From Chloropicon primus (taxonomy: Eukaryota): a stretch of 64,000 nucleotides of DNA. A program made the position numbers and the translations under genes. The stretch covers positions 1,240,001 to 1,304,000 of the forward strand of contig CP060754.1 in the NCBI GenBank assembly GCA_023205875.1, read 5' to 3'. Each line of letters starts with the position of its first letter. The first letter of the stretch is position 1. The notes beneath the pieces are model-generated. The model was not told the DNA's origin, searched no databases, and saw nothing but the letters and a program-made list of their open reading frames with translations. Positions 1-11,026 of the stretch are shown here, in pieces.

Positions 1-3000
1 ATCGCTCAGGCTGACTACGAGCTGCAAGCGGAGGAGGAGGTGCGCCTGATCAACAAGAAAGCCGCTGAGATTGCCAAGGAGTGCTGCGTCAAGTTTACCG
101 CAAAGGATCCTTCCAAGCCTCGCTTTGTTTGTGGTGCCATTGGGCCCACGAACAGGACACTGAGCGTCTCTCCCTCTGTGGAGAACCCGGCATTCCGCAA
201 CGTGACTTTTGATGAGGTTGTTGCGGCCTACACCGTCCAGATTGATTCTCTGGTCGCGGGCGGAGTGGACGTTCTTCTCGTCGAGACGATCTTTGACACG
301 CTGAACGCAAAGGCCGCTTTGTACGCCATCGAGCAGTACTTTGCGGAGAAGGGAATTCGTCTTCCCGTTTTCATCAGTGGCACCATTGTGGACAACAGTG
401 GGCGCACGCTTAGCGGGCAGACCAACGAGGCTTTCTGGAACAGTGTCCAGCATGCCAAGCCCCTCGCCATAGGTTTGAACTGCGCTCTTGGTGCCAGCGA
501 CATGATTGGTTACATCGAGAACCTCAGCCAGTGCTGCGACTGCTTTGTGTTTGCCTACCCAAACGCCGGTCTGCCAAACTGCATGGGCGGTTACGACCAG
601 ACCGGAAAGGAGATGAGGGAGGAGGTCCAGCCCTTCGTGGAGCGGGGGCTCGTGAACATGCTTGGAGGGTGCTGCGGCACTTGGTACGATCACATCGAGG
701 AGATTGCCGACCTCGTCAAGGGGTACGAGCCAAGGAAGATCCCTCAGGTTGAGGAGAAGATGCGTTTGAGCGGCCTTGAGCCTCTGAACTACACCCCCGA
801 CGAGAAGAACATGAGGGGCACCTTCTTGAACGTGGGCGAGCGGTGTAATGTCGCAGGCTCCATGATGTACAAGAAGGCCATTGTTGACGGCAACTACGAG
901 AAGGCTCTTTCTATTGCCCTGAAGCAGGTGCAGCAGGGCGCTGATGTTCTTGACATCAACATGGATGATGGCCTGATCGACGGTGTTTCTGCGATGACCA
1001 AGTTCGTGAACTTGCTCATTTCTGAGCCTGACGTGAGCAAGGTTCCTTTCATGATCGACTCCTCGAAGTTCCACGTGGTTGAGGCTGGCCTGAAGTGCGC
1101 CCAGGGCAAGTGTATTGTGAACTCCATTTCCTTGAAGGAGGGCGAGGAGGCTTTCAAGCACCACGCCAGAATCTGCAAGTACCATGGCGCATCTGTTGTT
1201 GTCATGGCCTTTGACGAGGAGGGTCAGGCTGCGACCTTTGAGGACAAGGTCCGCATCTGCCAGAGGGCTTATCGCATCCTCGTGGAGGAGGTCGGGTTTG
1301 CAGGGCACGACATTATCTTTGATCCAAACATCTTGACTGTTGGCACAGGCCTCGCAGAGCACAACAACTATGCCGTGGACTTCATTCGCGCCACTCGCGA
1401 GATCAAGAGGGTTTGCCCCGGCTGCAAGATCAGCGGAGGCGTGTCCAACATTGCCTTCTCCTTCAGAGGCAACGAGGCTGTGAGAAGGGCCTTCCACAGC
1501 GCTTTCTTGTACCACGCTTGCAACGCGGGCATGGACATGGGCATTGTGAACGCTGCCCAGGTGAAGGCTGATGCCTATGACAAGGTCGACAAGGAGCTCT
1601 TGGGTTACGTTGAGGACGTGTTGCTGAACCGCTGCGACAACGCCACGGAGAGGATGCTGGAGTATGCGGCCACGCTTGAGCCCAAGTGCAAGCCCACTGC
1701 AGTTGTGAAGAAGGGTTCCGGTGTTCCAGCCTTCACCCCATCCCCAAAGGTGAACGAGAGGACGCACGACACTTTGGCTCCTCCAGAGAACCTGGCGCCT
1801 GTTCCGGTATACAAGCCGTTCAGCTCGGCCGTTGTTCCGACGGCCAACTATGGTGTGATTCAGAAGCTGTTCACGGAACGCATTTTGGTGATTGATGGCG
1901 CCATGGGAACTTCCATTCAGAAGTACAAGATTGATGAGCCTGACTTTAGAGGGGAGCGGTACGCGAACCACACCCACCCGCTGAAGGGCAACAACGACAT
2001 CCTTGTGATTACCCGCCCCGACATCATTAGCGAGATCCACAGCAAGTTCCTTGAGGTCGGTGCCGACTTTATCGAGACGAACACGTTCAGCGGAACCTCC
2101 ATCGCTCAGGCTGACTACGAGCTGCAAGCGGAGGAGGAGGTGCGCCTGATCAACAAGAAAGCCGCTGAGATTGCCAAGGAGTGCTGCGTCAAGTTTACCG
2201 CAAAGGATCCTTCCAAGCCTCGCTTTGTTTGTGGTGCCATTGGGCCCACGAACAGGACACTGAGCGTCTCTCCCTCTGTGGAGAACCCGGCATTCCGCAA
2301 CGTGACTTTTGATGAGGTTGTTGCGGCCTACACCGTCCAGATTGATTCTCTGGTCGCGGGCGGAGTGGACGTTCTTCTCGTCGAGACGATCTTTGACACG
2401 CTGAACGCAAAGGCCGCTTTGTACGCCATCGAGCAGTACTTTGCGGAGAAGGGAATTCGTCTTCCCGTTTTCATCAGTGGCACCATTGTGGACAACAGTG
2501 GGCGCACGCTTAGCGGGCAGACCAACGAGGCTTTCTGGAACAGTGTCCAGCATGCCAAGCCCCTCGCCATAGGTTTGAACTGCGCTCTTGGTGCCAGCGA
2601 CATGATTGGTTACATCGAGAACCTCAGCCAGTGCTGCGACTGCTTTGTGTTTGCCTACCCAAACGCCGGTCTGCCAAACTGCATGGGCGGTTACGACCAG
2701 ACCGGAAAGGAGATGAGGGAGGAGGTCCAGCCCTTCGTGGAGCGGGGGCTCGTGAACATGCTTGGAGGGTGCTGCGGCACTTGGTACGATCACATCGAGG
2801 AGATTGCCGACCTCGTCAAGGGGTACGAGCCAAGGAAGATCCCTCGGGTTGAGGAGAAGATGCGTTTGAGCGGCCTTGAGCCTCTGAACTACACCCCTGA
2901 CGAGAAGAACATGAGGGGCACCTTCTTGAACGTGGGCGAGCGGTGTAATGTCGCAGGCTCCATGATGTACAAGAAGGCCATTGTTGACGGCAACTACGAG

Positions 3001-3825
3001 AAGGCTCTTTCTATTGCCCTGAAGCAGGTGCAGCAGGGCGCTGATGTTCTTGACATCAACATGGATGATGGCCTGATCGACGGTGTTTCTGCGATGACCA
3101 AGTTCGTGAACTTGCTCATTTCTGAGCCTGACGTGAGCAAGGTTCCTTTCATGATCGACTCCTCGAAGTTCCACGTGGTTGAGGCTGGCCTGAAGTGCGC
3201 CCAGGGCAAGTGTATTGTGAACTCCATTTCCTTGAAGGAGGGCGAGGAGGCTTTCAAGCACCACGCCAGAATCTGCAAGTACCATGGCGCATCTGTTGTT
3301 GTCATGGCCTTTGACGAGGAGGGTCAGGCTGCGACCTTTGAGGACAAGGTCCGCATCTGCCAGAGGGCTTATCGCATCCTCGTGGAGGAGGTCGGGTTTG
3401 CAGGGCACGACATTATCTTTGATCCAAACATCTTGACTGTTGGCACAGGCCTCGCAGAGCACAACAACTATGCCGTGGACTTCATTCGCGCCACTCGCGA
3501 GATCAAGAGGGTTTGCCCCGGCTGCAAGATCAGCGGAGGCGTGTCCAACATTGCCTTCTCCTTCAGAGGCAACGAGGCTGTGAGAAGGGCCTTCCACAGC
3601 GCTTTCTTGTACCACGCTTGCAACGCGGGCATGGACATGGGCATTGTGAACGCTGCCCAGGTGAAGGCTGATGCCTATGACAAGGTCGACAAGGAGCTCT
3701 TGGGTTACGTTGAGGACGTGTTGCTGAACCGCTGCGACAACGCCACGGAGAGGATGCTGGAGTATGCGGCCACGCTTGAGCCCAAGTGCAAGCCCACTGC
3801 AGTTGTGAAGAAGGGTTCCGGTGTT
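1..3825 (+). repeat. In-frame intragenic direct repeat, period 2100 nt (1-1725 matches 2101-3825)
   Basis: Line-by-line identity. Only two differences seen: 746 a vs 2846 g (Q/R) and 798 c vs 2898 t (silent). Confidence 0.97.
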
Positions 3826-5646
3826 GCTGTTGGCGGTAGTAAGGCAGCAGTCTCGTCATGGCGTGATGATCCTGTGGAATCCAGGATTTCTCATGCTCTT
3901 GTGAAGGGCATTGATGAGTTTATCGTCAAGGATACTGAGGAGTGCAGGGTTAGTGGCAGCTTTGCGAAGCCTTTGAATATCATCGAAGGTCCTCTGATGT
4001 CAGGTATGAACACTGTGGGAGACTTGTTTGGTGCCGGAAAGATGTTCTTGCCGCAAGTCATCAAATCAGCCAGGGTCATGAAGAAGGCGGTTGCTCACTT
4101 GATTCCATTTATGGAGGAGGAAAAGAGGCTTGCAGCCTTGGAAAATCCAGATGCAGAGGTGGCTTCAAGCCATGCTGGTTTGATGGTGCTTGCGACTGTG
4201 AAGGGTGATGTCCACGACATTGGCAAAAACATTGTAGCTGTGGTTCTCGGTTGCAACAACTTCAAGGTGATTGACTTGGGTGTCATGGTTCCCTATGATA
4301 AAATACTTGACGCGGCAGAGGAGCACAAGGCTGACATTATTGGCTTGAGCGGATTGATCACTCCCTCTTTGGATGAGATGGTTACGGTAGCAAAGAAAAT
4401 GGAGGAAAGAAAGATGAATGTTCCGCTTTTGATTGGTGGTGCCACGACAAGCAAGATGCACACGGCCGTGAAGCTGACACCTCAATACAGCGGTCCAGTT
4501 ATTTATGTCTTGGATGCCAGTAGGAGTGTTCCTGTCTGCCAGAGCTTGATGGACCAGGAAAACAGGGATGACTTTGTCCAAGATATCAAGGATCAGTATA
4601 CTGAGTTGAGAGAAGAGTTCTACACGAACCTCGAAGACAGGAAGTACTTGACCCTCGAGGAAGCTCGTAAAAAGGCTTGCGTTCTTGACTTCACTCTTCC
4701 AGAGAACACGCCTTTCACTCCAAATTTCTTGGGGACGAAGGTGATCGACGATTTTGCTTTTGACGACATTTTGGAGGCGATCGACTGGAACCCCTTCTTC
4801 CAAACGTGGCAGCTGAGGGGAAGGTACCCAAACAGAGGATACCCAAAGATCTTCAACGACGAGACGGTGGGAGAAGAGGCCAAGAAGCTGTTTGATGATG
4901 CCCAAAAGATGCTGGCGCAGTTCAAGGAGAAGAAGTCTCTCAAGATGGTTGCTATTGTGGGAATATACCCAGCAAACAGCGAGGGGGATGATATTGTTGT
5001 CTACAAGGACGAGACTCGTGCTGAGGTGACGCATACCTTTTACACACTCCGTCAGCAAGCAGAAAAGGACAACGACGAGCCTTACATGGCTCTTTCTGAT
5101 TTCGTTGCCCCCGCATCGTCTGGAGTCAAGGACTACTTGGGCATGTTTGCCTGCTCTTCTGGGTTTGGCCTGGAGGACGTCATCGAGGACTGCCGCAAGG
5201 GCCATGATGACTATGGTATTATCATGGCGGAAGCACTCGCAGATAGGCTGGCCGAAGCGATTGCCGAGGTTCTTCACCAGAGGGTGAGGAAAGACCTTTG
5301 GGGCTATGCCAGTGACGAGTCCATGTCCCTGAGCGACTTGCTGAAGGTGAAGTACGACGGAATCAGGCCCGCTCCTGGCTACCCGTCCCAGCCAGATCAC
5401 ACAGAGAAGCTGGCGATGTGGGATATCATGAGCGCGGAGGCCAAGACGAACATCAAGCTCACAGAGTCTCTGGCTATGCTCCCAGCGGCAAGCGTGAGCG
5501 GGCTTTACTTTGGTGGGAAGAACAGTCAATACTTCTCCGTTGGCAAGATCTGCAAGGACCAGCTGGCAGACTATGCTGTCAGGAAGAAGATGGATATCAA
5601 GGAGTGCGAGAGGTGGTTGTCCCACTCTCTGAACTACGAGCCCTGA
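1..5646 (+). CDS. METH: Cobalamin-dependent methionine synthase (5'-truncated by window) with duplicated Hcy-binding and pterin-binding domains
   Basis: Open from base 1 (IAQADYE...). Zn ligands GLNCALG and GGCCG, pterin domain [11 protein letters not shown] and DINMDDG, B12 motif [12 protein letters not shown]-activation domain [12 protein letters not shown], stop TGA at 5644-5646. Confidence 0.97.
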   Translation: MAQADYELQAEEEVRLINKKAAEIAKECCVKFTAKDPSKPRFVCGAIGPTNRTLSVSPSVENPAFRNVTFDEVVAAYTVQIDSLVAGGVDVLLVETIFDTLNAKAALYAIEQYFAEKGIRLPVFISGTIVDNSGRTLSGQTNEAFWNSVQHAKPLAIGLNCALGASDMIGYIENLSQCCDCFVFAYPNAGLPNCMGGYDQTGKEMREEVQPFVERGLVNMLGGCCGTWYDHIEEIADLVKGYEPRKIPQVEEKMRLSGLEPLNYTPDEKNMRGTFLNVGERCNVAGSMMYKKAIVDGNYEKALSIALKQVQQGADVLDINMDDGLIDGVSAMTKFVNLLISEPDVSKVPFMIDSSKFHVVEAGLKCAQGKCIVNSISLKEGEEAFKHHARICKYHGASVVVMAFDEEGQAATFEDKVRICQRAYRILVEEVGFAGHDIIFDPNILTVGTGLAEHNNYAVDFIRATREIKRVCPGCKISGGVSNIAFSFRGNEAVRRAFHSAFLYHACNAGMDMGIVNAAQVKADAYDKVDKELLGYVEDVLLNRCDNATERMLEYAATLEPKCKPTAVVKKGSGVPAFTPSPKVNERTHDTLAPPENLAPVPVYKPFSSAVVPTANYGVIQKLFTERILVIDGAMGTSIQKYKIDEPDFRGERYANHTHPLKGNNDILVITRPDIISEIHSKFLEVGADFIETNTFSGTSIAQADYELQAEEEVRLINKKAAEIAKECCVKFTAKDPSKPRFVCGAIGPTNRTLSVSPSVENPAFRNVTFDEVVAAYTVQIDSLVAGGVDVLLVETIFDTLNAKAALYAIEQYFAEKGIRLPVFISGTIVDNSGRTLSGQTNEAFWNSVQHAKPLAIGLNCALGASDMIGYIENLSQCCDCFVFAYPNAGLPNCMGGYDQTGKEMREEVQPFVERGLVNMLGGCCGTWYDHIEEIADLVKGYEPRKIPRVEEKMRLSGLEPLNYTPDEKNMRGTFLNVGERCNVAGSMMYKKAIVDGNYEKALSIALKQVQQGADVLDINMDDGLIDGVSAMTKFVNLLISEPDVSKVPFMIDSSKFHVVEAGLKCAQGKCIVNSISLKEGEEAFKHHARICKYHGASVVVMAFDEEGQAATFEDKVRICQRAYRILVEEVGFAGHDIIFDPNILTVGTGLAEHNNYAVDFIRATREIKRVCPGCKISGGVSNIAFSFRGNEAVRRAFHSAFLYHACNAGMDMGIVNAAQVKADAYDKVDKELLGYVEDVLLNRCDNATERMLEYAATLEPKCKPTAVVKKGSGVAVGGSKAAVSSWRDDPVESRISHALVKGIDEFIVKDTEECRVSGSFAKPLNIIEGPLMSGMNTVGDLFGAGKMFLPQVIKSARVMKKAVAHLIPFMEEEKRLAALENPDAEVASSHAGLMVLATVKGDVHDIGKNIVAVVLGCNNFKVIDLGVMVPYDKILDAAEEHKADIIGLSGLITPSLDEMVTVAKKMEERKMNVPLLIGGATTSKMHTAVKLTPQYSGPVIYVLDASRSVPVCQSLMDQENRDDFVQDIKDQYTELREEFYTNLEDRKYLTLEEARKKACVLDFTLPENTPFTPNFLGTKVIDDFAFDDILEAIDWNPFFQTWQLRGRYPNRGYPKIFNDETVGEEAKKLFDDAQKMLAQFKEKKSLKMVAIVGIYPANSEGDDIVVYKDETRAEVTHTFYTLRQQAEKDNDEPYMALSDFVAPASSGVKDYLGMFACSSGFGLEDVIEDCRKGHDDYGIIMAEALADRLAEAIAEVLHQRVRKDLWGYASDESMSLSDLLKVKYDGIRPAPGYPSQPDHTEKLAMWDIMSAEAKTNIKLTESLAMLPAASVSGLYFGGKNSQYFSVGKICKDQLADYAVRKKMDIKECERWLSHSLNYEP

Positions 5647-5675
5647 AGGTCCCAACTGGAGGATGAACCCAAAAG

Positions 5676-5680
5676 TGTAA
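5676..5680 (+). promoter_or_regulatory. UGUAA chlorophyte-type polyadenylation signal (METH)
   Basis: TGTAA 30 nt after the stop. The same motif follows several other stops (~10461, 26102, ~39584, ~45488, ~51214). Confidence 0.6.
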
Positions 5681-5758
5681 GAGTCCATATTCGTACAAGT
5701 ACAGTTTGTAAGACTAAAAAACTTTTTATATACCACAACGTTAAAGTACAGCCAAACC

Positions 5759-6149
5759 CTAGACTTGATTGCTCCCTCCCCTTACCGCCTTCTGTTGAGG
5801 GTACACCTTGTTTTGATGATCCGCCAGCGCTGCGAGGTAGCTCAAGTTCTTGTGCAGGATCCGCTGGTACCTGATCGACAGAAGGGTTTGGTCAAGAGCA
5901 AGCGAGGAACAAAAAAGGAAAGAAATAGCGGTCAGGAGTGGCGACCCCAACGTCGCGATCCCCGGTCGAGCGCACTTACTCTTCGCAATCCTGCCACCGG
6001 CCCATGTTCTGCTTCTCCATGACCACTTTCAATAGCTTCGCGTTATCCTCGAGAGCCGTTTGGATCCTGCTCGTTTCCATCGGAACCACCTGTTTGCGCT
6101 GCCCTTGCGGTTGGTGGTGGAAACCTCCCTGCGGCGTTTGGTTCTCCAT
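5759..6149 (-). CDS. SSXT/SNH-domain protein (SS18L2/GIF-like), 2 exons: 6149-5980 and 5870-5759, 93 aa
   Basis: Spliced translation IQTALEDNAKLLKVVMEKQNMGRWQDCEE|YQRILHKNLSYLAALAD matches the SSXT pattern; GTAAGT...CAG intron. Confidence 0.88.
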
Positions 6150-6338
6150 GGAGACCTTCCCTCCAGCTCCCCTTCACTTCGCCCGCGACGCCCTCGCCAC
6201 CAACCAAACCAAACCAAACAGAGCACGAGCGAAACCGCCCCCCCCCCTCTGATTCCCCTTCACTTCAGAAGGAGAGAGAGGGAGAGAGGGATCAAAGTGA
6301 TGTGTGAAAGTCTGGATTAATATGTGAATTGGGAGGGT

Positions 6339-7640
6339 TTATGTAGCCCAATACATCTGCCATGGGCAGTTCCTCGCGACATTGGGCTCGCAGATTGGGT
6401 GGGTCTGGCTTGTGATGTCTCCGGTGCTCAAGTCGTAGTTGGCGACCTTCTGAGGCATAGGTGGGACAGGTCCCTTGAAGATGTCGACCCTCTCGCCCGT
6501 CTCGACGCTTCTGACTTCAGCGAGAAGGCCAGGGTGGGCCGTAGGCAAGGCAACCATGCCCTCAGGGAGCTCATAATCCTGCTCGGAAAGGAGAGGGCCG
6601 GAGCCCTCTTCGAAGTTAGCTCCGATAAGCACGGAAGCCTTTGGCTCGCCGGCGGACGCGGGGTGCTGGGTGTCCATGGTCAGAAGCCCCGAGAATGGAA
6701 GGTAGTCCATCTTATGCTTCTCCACACACGATCCCGTCATTGGATCGAACTCTCCCATGATGATCGTCGTGTTCGTCCCGGTCTTGATGGTAGGCATCAA
6801 GATCTTCTTGCTGTAGCTGTCGTAAGTCATCGAGCCAAGGTACTTGCAGTCTCCGATAGGGAAAGTGTGGTGAGCCTTCATGAGACCCTTATCGACGTCG
6901 ATGCCAACCATGACAAACTCTGGCCTCTTAGTCGCAGTGGCGTTTCTCGCGATGCCTTCCCAGAAAGTCTGTCCAACAGGGTCGTAGACGCTGAGCTTGG
7001 TGCCCAAGATCTCAACGTTTCCAAGCTGGAAAAAGTCCTTTGGAGCAATGGACTCCAAGGTGAAGCCAAGGTCCCTTGGCTCGTAGTCCTCAGTGACCTC
7101 AAAGAAAGCGTGCTTGAGGTCTGGCTTGCGTGGTTCGAAAGGAAGTAGTCCCGTCACAATAGTACGTCTCTTGTTCACGTCATAAGCAAGCTTGATGCTA
7201 ACACCAATGAAGAAGTAGCTCGACACTGGAACGGGAACAGGAGCAGCCACAAGGTTGGCGCTGAAGGCGTCCAGTGGGAAGATGTTGGTCGCACAGCTCT
7301 GCTCCAGAACGCAACCGTAAACCTCCATCACGTGCCTCTGCTTGTCGTACACACTCAAGGCGTTGAACTGGATGACGTTCGTGTAGTTCGATCCAAAGGG
7401 TTCGAAGTGGGTGGAGTGCTCGAAGGAAGGCAAGACGGACATCCCGAGGCAAAAGTGGATCGTCGAGTCAGTCTCGTTGACGCACTTATAGTTCGTTCCG
7501 ATCAGCTTGTGCATGTCATCGGAAACCTTGTTGTTGTTGTTGTTGTTGTTGGAGAGGACCAAAGGGTTCAGCCTCGCAGCCTCAATGCAGACAGCGCCAA
7601 CACACGCCAAAAAGGCGGTCAGCAACACCAAGGTCTTCAT
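6339..7640 (-). CDS. Secreted hypothetical protein (signal peptide, poly-Asn tract)
   Basis: Long ORF; MKTLVLLTAFLACVGAVC is signal-peptide-like; no family recognised. Confidence 0.75.
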   Translation of the reverse strand: MKTLVLLTAFLACVGAVCIEAARLNPLVLSNNNNNNNKVSDDMHKLIGTNYKCVNETDSTIHFCLGMSVLPSFEHSTHFEPFGSNYTNVIQFNALSVYDKQRHVMEVYGCVLEQSCATNIFPLDAFSANLVAAPVPVPVSSYFFIGVSIKLAYDVNKRRTIVTGLLPFEPRKPDLKHAFFEVTEDYEPRDLGFTLESIAPKDFFQLGNVEILGTKLSVYDPVGQTFWEGIARNATATKRPEFVMVGIDVDKGLMKAHHTFPIGDCKYLGSMTYDSYSKKILMPTIKTGTNTTIIMGEFDPMTGSCVEKHKMDYLPFSGLLTMDTQHPASAGEPKASVLIGANFEEGSGPLLSEQDYELPEGMVALPTAHPGLLAEVRSVETGERVDIFKGPVPPMPQKVANYDLSTGDITSQTHPICEPNVARNCPWQMYWAT

Positions 7641-7781
7641 CTTGTTGCTTCTCTTGCGTAGGTAAGGTACCCCTTGAGTTGTGTTGTCAAGCGAAAAAGT
7701 TCCCTGACAGAGTGAAGCTTCCACTTGATTCATCGAGGGAGCGTCGGCCGCCTTTCTGAAAAAGTAAAGCTGTCCGGAATA

Positions 7782-9404
7782 CTAGTTCCGTTTTCGCGGA
7801 TGAAAGTGAGCATGGAAGCCAAGGGGGATGGGAGGGAGGTCCACAGTAGCCACAGGACCAGCGGTGATGTCTGCAGCATCGACAACCATGAGAGTGGATG
7901 CGAGTCCATCCAGGCTGTGGGAAAGGAAGAGAAGGAATCCGCCGTCTTCCTGCCCTTGGCGCGCCTCGTCCGGGACAAAAGTCATGTCATCTGCCACCCA
8001 ACCGTCTTCCATCGGAAGAATCTCCTTTTCCCCGCTCCTGAGATCGTGCTTGACCAGGGCATCGAAGAGGGGGATGCCGGTCCCCGCGTCCGCGGTGGTC
8101 GAAATTCTCAGGCTGTACCCAAACTGCACCTCTTTCCCCAGGAAATCAGGGTTCACCGCCGGAAAGTCGCAGGGGAAGTCGCAGAGCTTCCTGGACTCAA
8201 GAACCCGCCCTCCTTCCGCTCCCGTCTCGATCCGCCACTTGTGGAGGAAAGCGGTCTCCGAAGGTTCGTGCTCCGCAAAGACCCCGTTCTCTTTGAAGGT
8301 TGCCATCCCCAAGGCCGTGGTCTCGCTGAGTCTGTGCGCGTAGAGGTGAACGACATCCGGGTCGTCCGGGTCCTCAAAAGCTGCCATGCTATGGTAGCAG
8401 TAGCAGTTCTCCGCCTCGATCCATCGGATTTCCCCCTCCCCCCTCCTGTCGTAGACGCCGAAGAAGCTTGGCGTGTCCTTGTCGTACGTGAAAGGCAGGC
8501 CACCTTGCATGCTTTGCCGCAGATTGAACACCAGGGGGTGGTTCATAATGATCACGTACCTCTCCGTGATCGCAAAGTCGTGCAGCATGCACGGTCCCCC
8601 GCCAGCGTAGTCAAAAGTCCGCATGTGCTGAAGCTCGTCCTGGCAGTCCAGACAACCGATGTGAAACTTGCGGCCGATCAGATCGTACGAGATGAAGAAG
8701 CACTCCTTTGTCTCGGGGCAAGTCTTCGAGTGCGCCGTAAAATTGTGGAGGAGGGGGTCATACTTCGCTGGCCCAGACCCCCTCGGGACGTAGAGGCCCA
8801 CGGTTTCAAGCTTTGACTTCCCGCCTTCCTCCGTAAATTTGAGCTCGTAGGGCGAACCAGCCTCGTAGGTGGCTAGGAGCTTCCCACCCCCGGTCGACAT
8901 GATCCCGTTGTTCCCTGTGTTCTTCTGCTGAATCACCCAGTAGGGCCTGTCTGCACCACCCTGGTTCCCCCTCGCCCCAGAGAGAAAGGAAGGGATCCTC
9001 AGGGTGTTCACCAGCTTGGAGAAGAGTCCCCACAGGACAAGATCACGGATCGGGCTCTGGCGTATGCCGCAATACTTCGCCTTCCCCTCCCTCTCCTCCT
9101 CGAGAAAGCCCTGGGACTCGACATAGTTCGCTCCGTACTCGCATTCGGGACCACCGAGGCGGACCCAATGCACGAGGCCGTCCCCGTCAAACCAGTGTGT
9201 CTCATCTGGAAACAGGGGATCGTGCCGCACGTCAGGGCCATTCCTCATGAAGTAGCTCCGCCTCAGTTGCCTCGGTATCTCTCCTGTCGTCACGGGCACC
9301 GATCTGGATGCTCGATCCGTGCCCAAGGACCTCACCATGTGAGGGTAAGAGGTGCCCGCGGAGCAGGAGACGGCCCCGGAACGACAGGTCCCCCACAACC
9401 TCAT
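7782..9404 (-). CDS. Carotenoid cleavage dioxygenase (RPE65/CCD family); exact start uncertain
   Basis: GEIPRQL..YFMRNGP, HWFDGDG, four Fe-ligand His motifs (FTAHSK, MLHDFAIT, YCYHSM, LGFHAHF), and EDGGFL. Confidence 0.93.
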   Translation of the reverse strand: MRLWGTCRSGAVSCSAGTSYPHMVRSLGTDRASRSVPVTTGEIPRQLRRSYFMRNGPDVRHDPLFPDETHWFDGDGLVHWVRLGGPECEYGANYVESQGFLEEEREGKAKYCGIRQSPIRDLVLWGLFSKLVNTLRIPSFLSGARGNQGGADRPYWVIQQKNTGNNGIMSTGGGKLLATYEAGSPYELKFTEEGGKSKLETVGLYVPRGSGPAKYDPLLHNFTAHSKTCPETKECFFISYDLIGRKFHIGCLDCQDELQHMRTFDYAGGGPCMLHDFAITERYVIIMNHPLVFNLRQSMQGGLPFTYDKDTPSFFGVYDRRGEGEIRWIEAENCYCYHSMAAFEDPDDPDVVHLYAHRLSETTALGMATFKENGVFAEHEPSETAFLHKWRIETGAEGGRVLESRKLCDFPCDFPAVNPDFLGKEVQFGYSLRISTTADAGTGIPLFDALVKHDLRSGEKEILPMEDGWVADDMTFVPDEARQGQEDGGFLLFLSHSLDGLASTLMVVDAADITAGPVATVDLPPIPLGFHAHFHPRKRN

Positions 9405-9565
9405 CCTCGAACCAACCAGTCAAATAATCAAATAAACGAAAACCACTCCGTGCGTCAAAATCTTCAGCCGAGGTATCGATGGAAAGCTCGTGCGATGAAC
9501 CTTCGACTGGCACCCTCCTCTTCTTGTCCTTGTCCTTCCTCTTCCTCACCTTCCTCTGTTCACGT

Positions 9566-9600
9566 GCGTTCCCCTGGGCGTTCCCCTGGGCGTTCCCCTG
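9566..9600. repeat. Three tandem copies of 12-mer GCGTTCCCCTGG (third one truncated) next to a CACGTG box, between divergent CCD and MAT1
   Basis: Seen directly in sequence. Confidence 0.8.
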
Positions 9601-9687
9601 TGAAGGATGATTTGAATATACCTATACCAGAGACAAGGAGAGGGAAGGAGAGAGAGAAGGGGCGTCCTCTCTTCTTCGGTGTTCGGG

Positions 9688-10410
9688 ATGGAGAGGGAGA
9701 GGGCGGTGAGGGAGAGGGTGTACCGGGCGTTCTGCACACCAAGGGAATCCTTCTCCACAATCAATGAGGTAAACTAATCACCACGACCATCACGACACAA
9801 ACTCTCTCTCTCTCTCTCTCTCTGTTGTTCTCCTTCTCTTGTCGTGTCGTGACTGACTTGTGCAACTTCTTCAATGATAATGATATAATATGATTGGGTT
9901 TATGGTGATGGCGGTGTCTTCGGGAAAAGTGGAATGATTATCTTGAGCTCCGGGAAGATATTGCGTTCAACCTCGTGGAAGGGATCGACCTGGGAGCCAT
10001 GGAGGCGAGGTTGAAGCAGGAGGAGGGGAAGAACGCGGATATCATTGCTGCAAACCAGGCCAAGGAGGTGAGCAAACCCCGAGCGAGAGAGGACGATGTT
10101 TTCTTGCTGTCCGACTCTCTCTCTGTCTCGTCTCTGTCTCTGTCTGTCTGTCTGTCTTGCTTCCTCTTCTGACAACCAAGCCAAATGGTTGTTTGCTCTT
10201 GGGTTTCATTTCATGCAGGTGGAGGAGGAGGCGGAGAGGCCGAGGGAGTCCGCCATGGATACGCGCGAGGACTCGCCGGCAGAGAAAGCGGGGGACAATC
10301 TGCAGAGGCAGAAGCAGCTGGCGCTGCTCGCATCGGGTTGGAGCATGGAGCTCGTGCGAAAGAGGGCGGTGCAGGAGGCGCGCGACACCTTTGTGATCCC
10401 CGCCTGGTAA
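9688..10410 (+). CDS. MAT1: CDK-activating kinase assembly factor MAT1 (RING-less form), exons 9688-9768, 9930-10067, 10219-10410
   Basis: Spliced MERERAVRERVYRAFCTPRESFSTINE|WNDYLELREDIAFNLVEGID and C-terminal SGWSMELVRKRAVQEA match the MAT1 central and C-terminal motifs. Confidence 0.85.
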
Positions 10411-10627
10411 GCACGGGCTTGCCTTTGGGATAACAAGTGAGGGTGGTCTTGTGTCCATAATGTAAAAGGTCGCTGAGGGTTGTTTGTATCTATTGTTATA
10501 TTGTACACTCACGCACACTTCTTAAAGTATTTCATCTCTGTTGTCAACTTCGCTCGTTCAAAGACAGAGAGAGACAGAGAGAGACAGAGAGAGAGAGAGG
10601 CCACAAATGGCGGCCTGGCCTCTCCTT

Positions 10628-11026
10628 CTACTGCAAGGATATTTTGTGAACCGCGGCGAAGTTGTCCCACCCGCTCTGGATGGTGAACTTGATGTGCTTG
10701 GCCTCGAAACTTATCACCTTGTTCTCCTGCTGCATCTGTCCCGTGATCTGGCTCAAGTTCGTATCGTAGAGCTTCTCGAACTCAAGAGGCTGGAGATCCC
10801 TCGCTCGGGACACGACAAGCTTCTGCACGCCGGTGGAGCTGAAGTTCACACGGGATATCCGGGTCTGATCCTTGAGCGTCAAGACAATCTCTTGAGGAAA
10901 GAGCCCCGTGGTGCTCCAGAACGTCTTCGGGTTTCCATCTATCACGCTCTCCGGTGGGTGCCTGTCATCACAGCAAGTAGCCATGGACACGTACGTCCCT
11001 CTGCTCTGGTCCGCATAGTCCGTCAT
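10628..11026 (-). CDS. IFT25: Intraflagellar transport protein 25 (HSPB11)
   Basis: HPPESVIDGNPKTFWSTTGLFPQEI and IQSGWDNFAAVHKI are characteristic; 132 aa. Confidence 0.92.
   Translation of the reverse strand: MTDYADQSRGTYVSMATCCDDRHPPESVIDGNPKTFWSTTGLFPQEIVLTLKDQTRISRVNFSSTGVQKLVVSRARDLQPLEFEKLYDTNLSQITGQMQQENKVISFEAKHIKFTIQSGWDNFAAVHKISLQ

Noticed and set aside
9232..9549. Alternative 5' exon for the CCD gene via a possible ~52-nt intron (~9283-9334)
   Set aside because: The splice would be in frame, but the upstream frame has no ATG before the MAT1 promoter region, so it cannot be supported without cDNA.
9688..10410. MAT1 lacking the N-terminal RING finger
   Set aside because: RING-less MAT1 is the usual form in plants, so this is not novel.
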